This document shows positions 63,625-64,000 of a stretch of 64,000 nucleotides of DNA, piece by piece. Location: the NCBI GenBank assembly GCA_965237635.1, contig CBDEFX010000002.1, forward strand, positions 1,983,432 through 2,047,431, written 5' to 3'. The notes below the pieces were generated by a model. That model was not told where the DNA came from, ran no database searches, and saw only the letters and a list, made by a program, of their open reading frames with translations. This DNA is from Dehalococcoidia bacterium (lineage in GTDB: Bacteria; Chloroflexota; Dehalococcoidia; Lucifugimonadales; CAUZJF01). The translations under genes were made by a program, and so were the position numbers. The first letter of the stretch is position 1. Each line of letters starts with the position of its first letter.

Positions 63625-63801
63625 GAAGGGCACTACTAATAGCTGAACGAGTCTCCAGATGAATTCACCGATCTTCCCCTTCCTCGAACGCCCACAATGG
63701 AGGCTGCTCTTGTGGAAGGTTGAACGTGGTCGATTACTTCGTACGTCCCCACGGTGAGCTCCAACTTGACACTCATTCTCAGGCCTGCGCATGATGCTCA
63801 G

Positions 63802-64000
63802 ATGGAACTTTCGTCGCAATTCGAACGCTTCCTCGGGAACATCAGCGTCGATCAGCCCAAGTTCAACCGGATCAAGTCAGTCCACTCCACACTCCGCAGA
63901 GCACTGGAGTCTGATGATTATGTCGGGCCGGCTCTGCTGGAGACGTTCCTGCAGGGCTCATACGTCCACGGAACAGCCGTCCGTCCGCTGGGAGAGAGCG
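63802..64000 (+). CDS. Nucleotidyltransferase-fold protein, N-terminus only (SMODS/CD-NTase-like or MNT-like), partial at the window edge
   Basis: MELSSQFERFLGNISVDQPKFNRIKSVHSTLRRALESDDYVGPALLETFLQGSYVHGTAVRPLGES has the N-terminal helix plus the GSY..GT..RP motif typical of pol-beta-fold NTases. Not in the track because it has no stop. Confidence 0.5.
   Translation, partial: MELSSQFERFLGNISVDQPKFNRIKSVHSTLRRALESDDYVGPALLETFLQGSYVHGTAVRPLGES

Overview
64-kb high-GC bacterial chromosomal window. The GC estimate of about 60% is by eye. CofE, a Leu T-box on leuS and abundant GC-rich palindromic REP-like elements suggest a Chloroflexota-like host, but this is inference only. All functional calls come from motif recognition by eye; no database search was run.

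Layout:
(i) 1-3.7 kb: a secreted Fn3-repeat protein (partial) and a NarL-type two-component pair whose response regulator is split by an in-frame TAG.
(ii) 3.8-13.6 kb: lower-GC junkyard. A prophage/satellite remnant (VapE-like primase-helicase, truncated TerL, possible portal tail) is interrupted by a decayed type-I-like R-M locus and by IS3, IS66 and IS1595 pieces.
(iii) 13.7-39.4 kb: housekeeping and metabolic core (folB, citE-like, FAH, VOC, PhyH, cofE, Ldh_2, EVE, leuB, leuS, GYD, NUDIX, AAC(3), tRNA-Glu, argC, nth, HEAT). One IS1380-family copy sits inside a methyltransferase remnant.
(iv) 39.7-44.1 kb: an IS21-family element carrying a nested IS1182/IS5-like element.
(v) 44.1-57.2 kb: the accessory, defence-like island, which is the most interesting part. 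It holds a TIR / unknown / DUF1863-TIR-like operon and a same-strand array of Ubl, E2, JAB-E1, dNMP-kinase::aGPT-pyrophosphorylase-like, ThyA-like (frameshifted), TIR and Nmad2-like genes. A divergent XRE + ImmA/IrrE regulator pair, two tandem MITEs and a J-domain/beta-propeller-like protein follow.
(vi) 57.3-64 kb: a second, inverted IS1380 copy, then decayed PD-(D/E)XK and RecB-nuclease/SF1-helicase genes, and the start of a nucleotidyltransferase at the window edge.

Several accessory genes carry frameshifts or in-frame stops.
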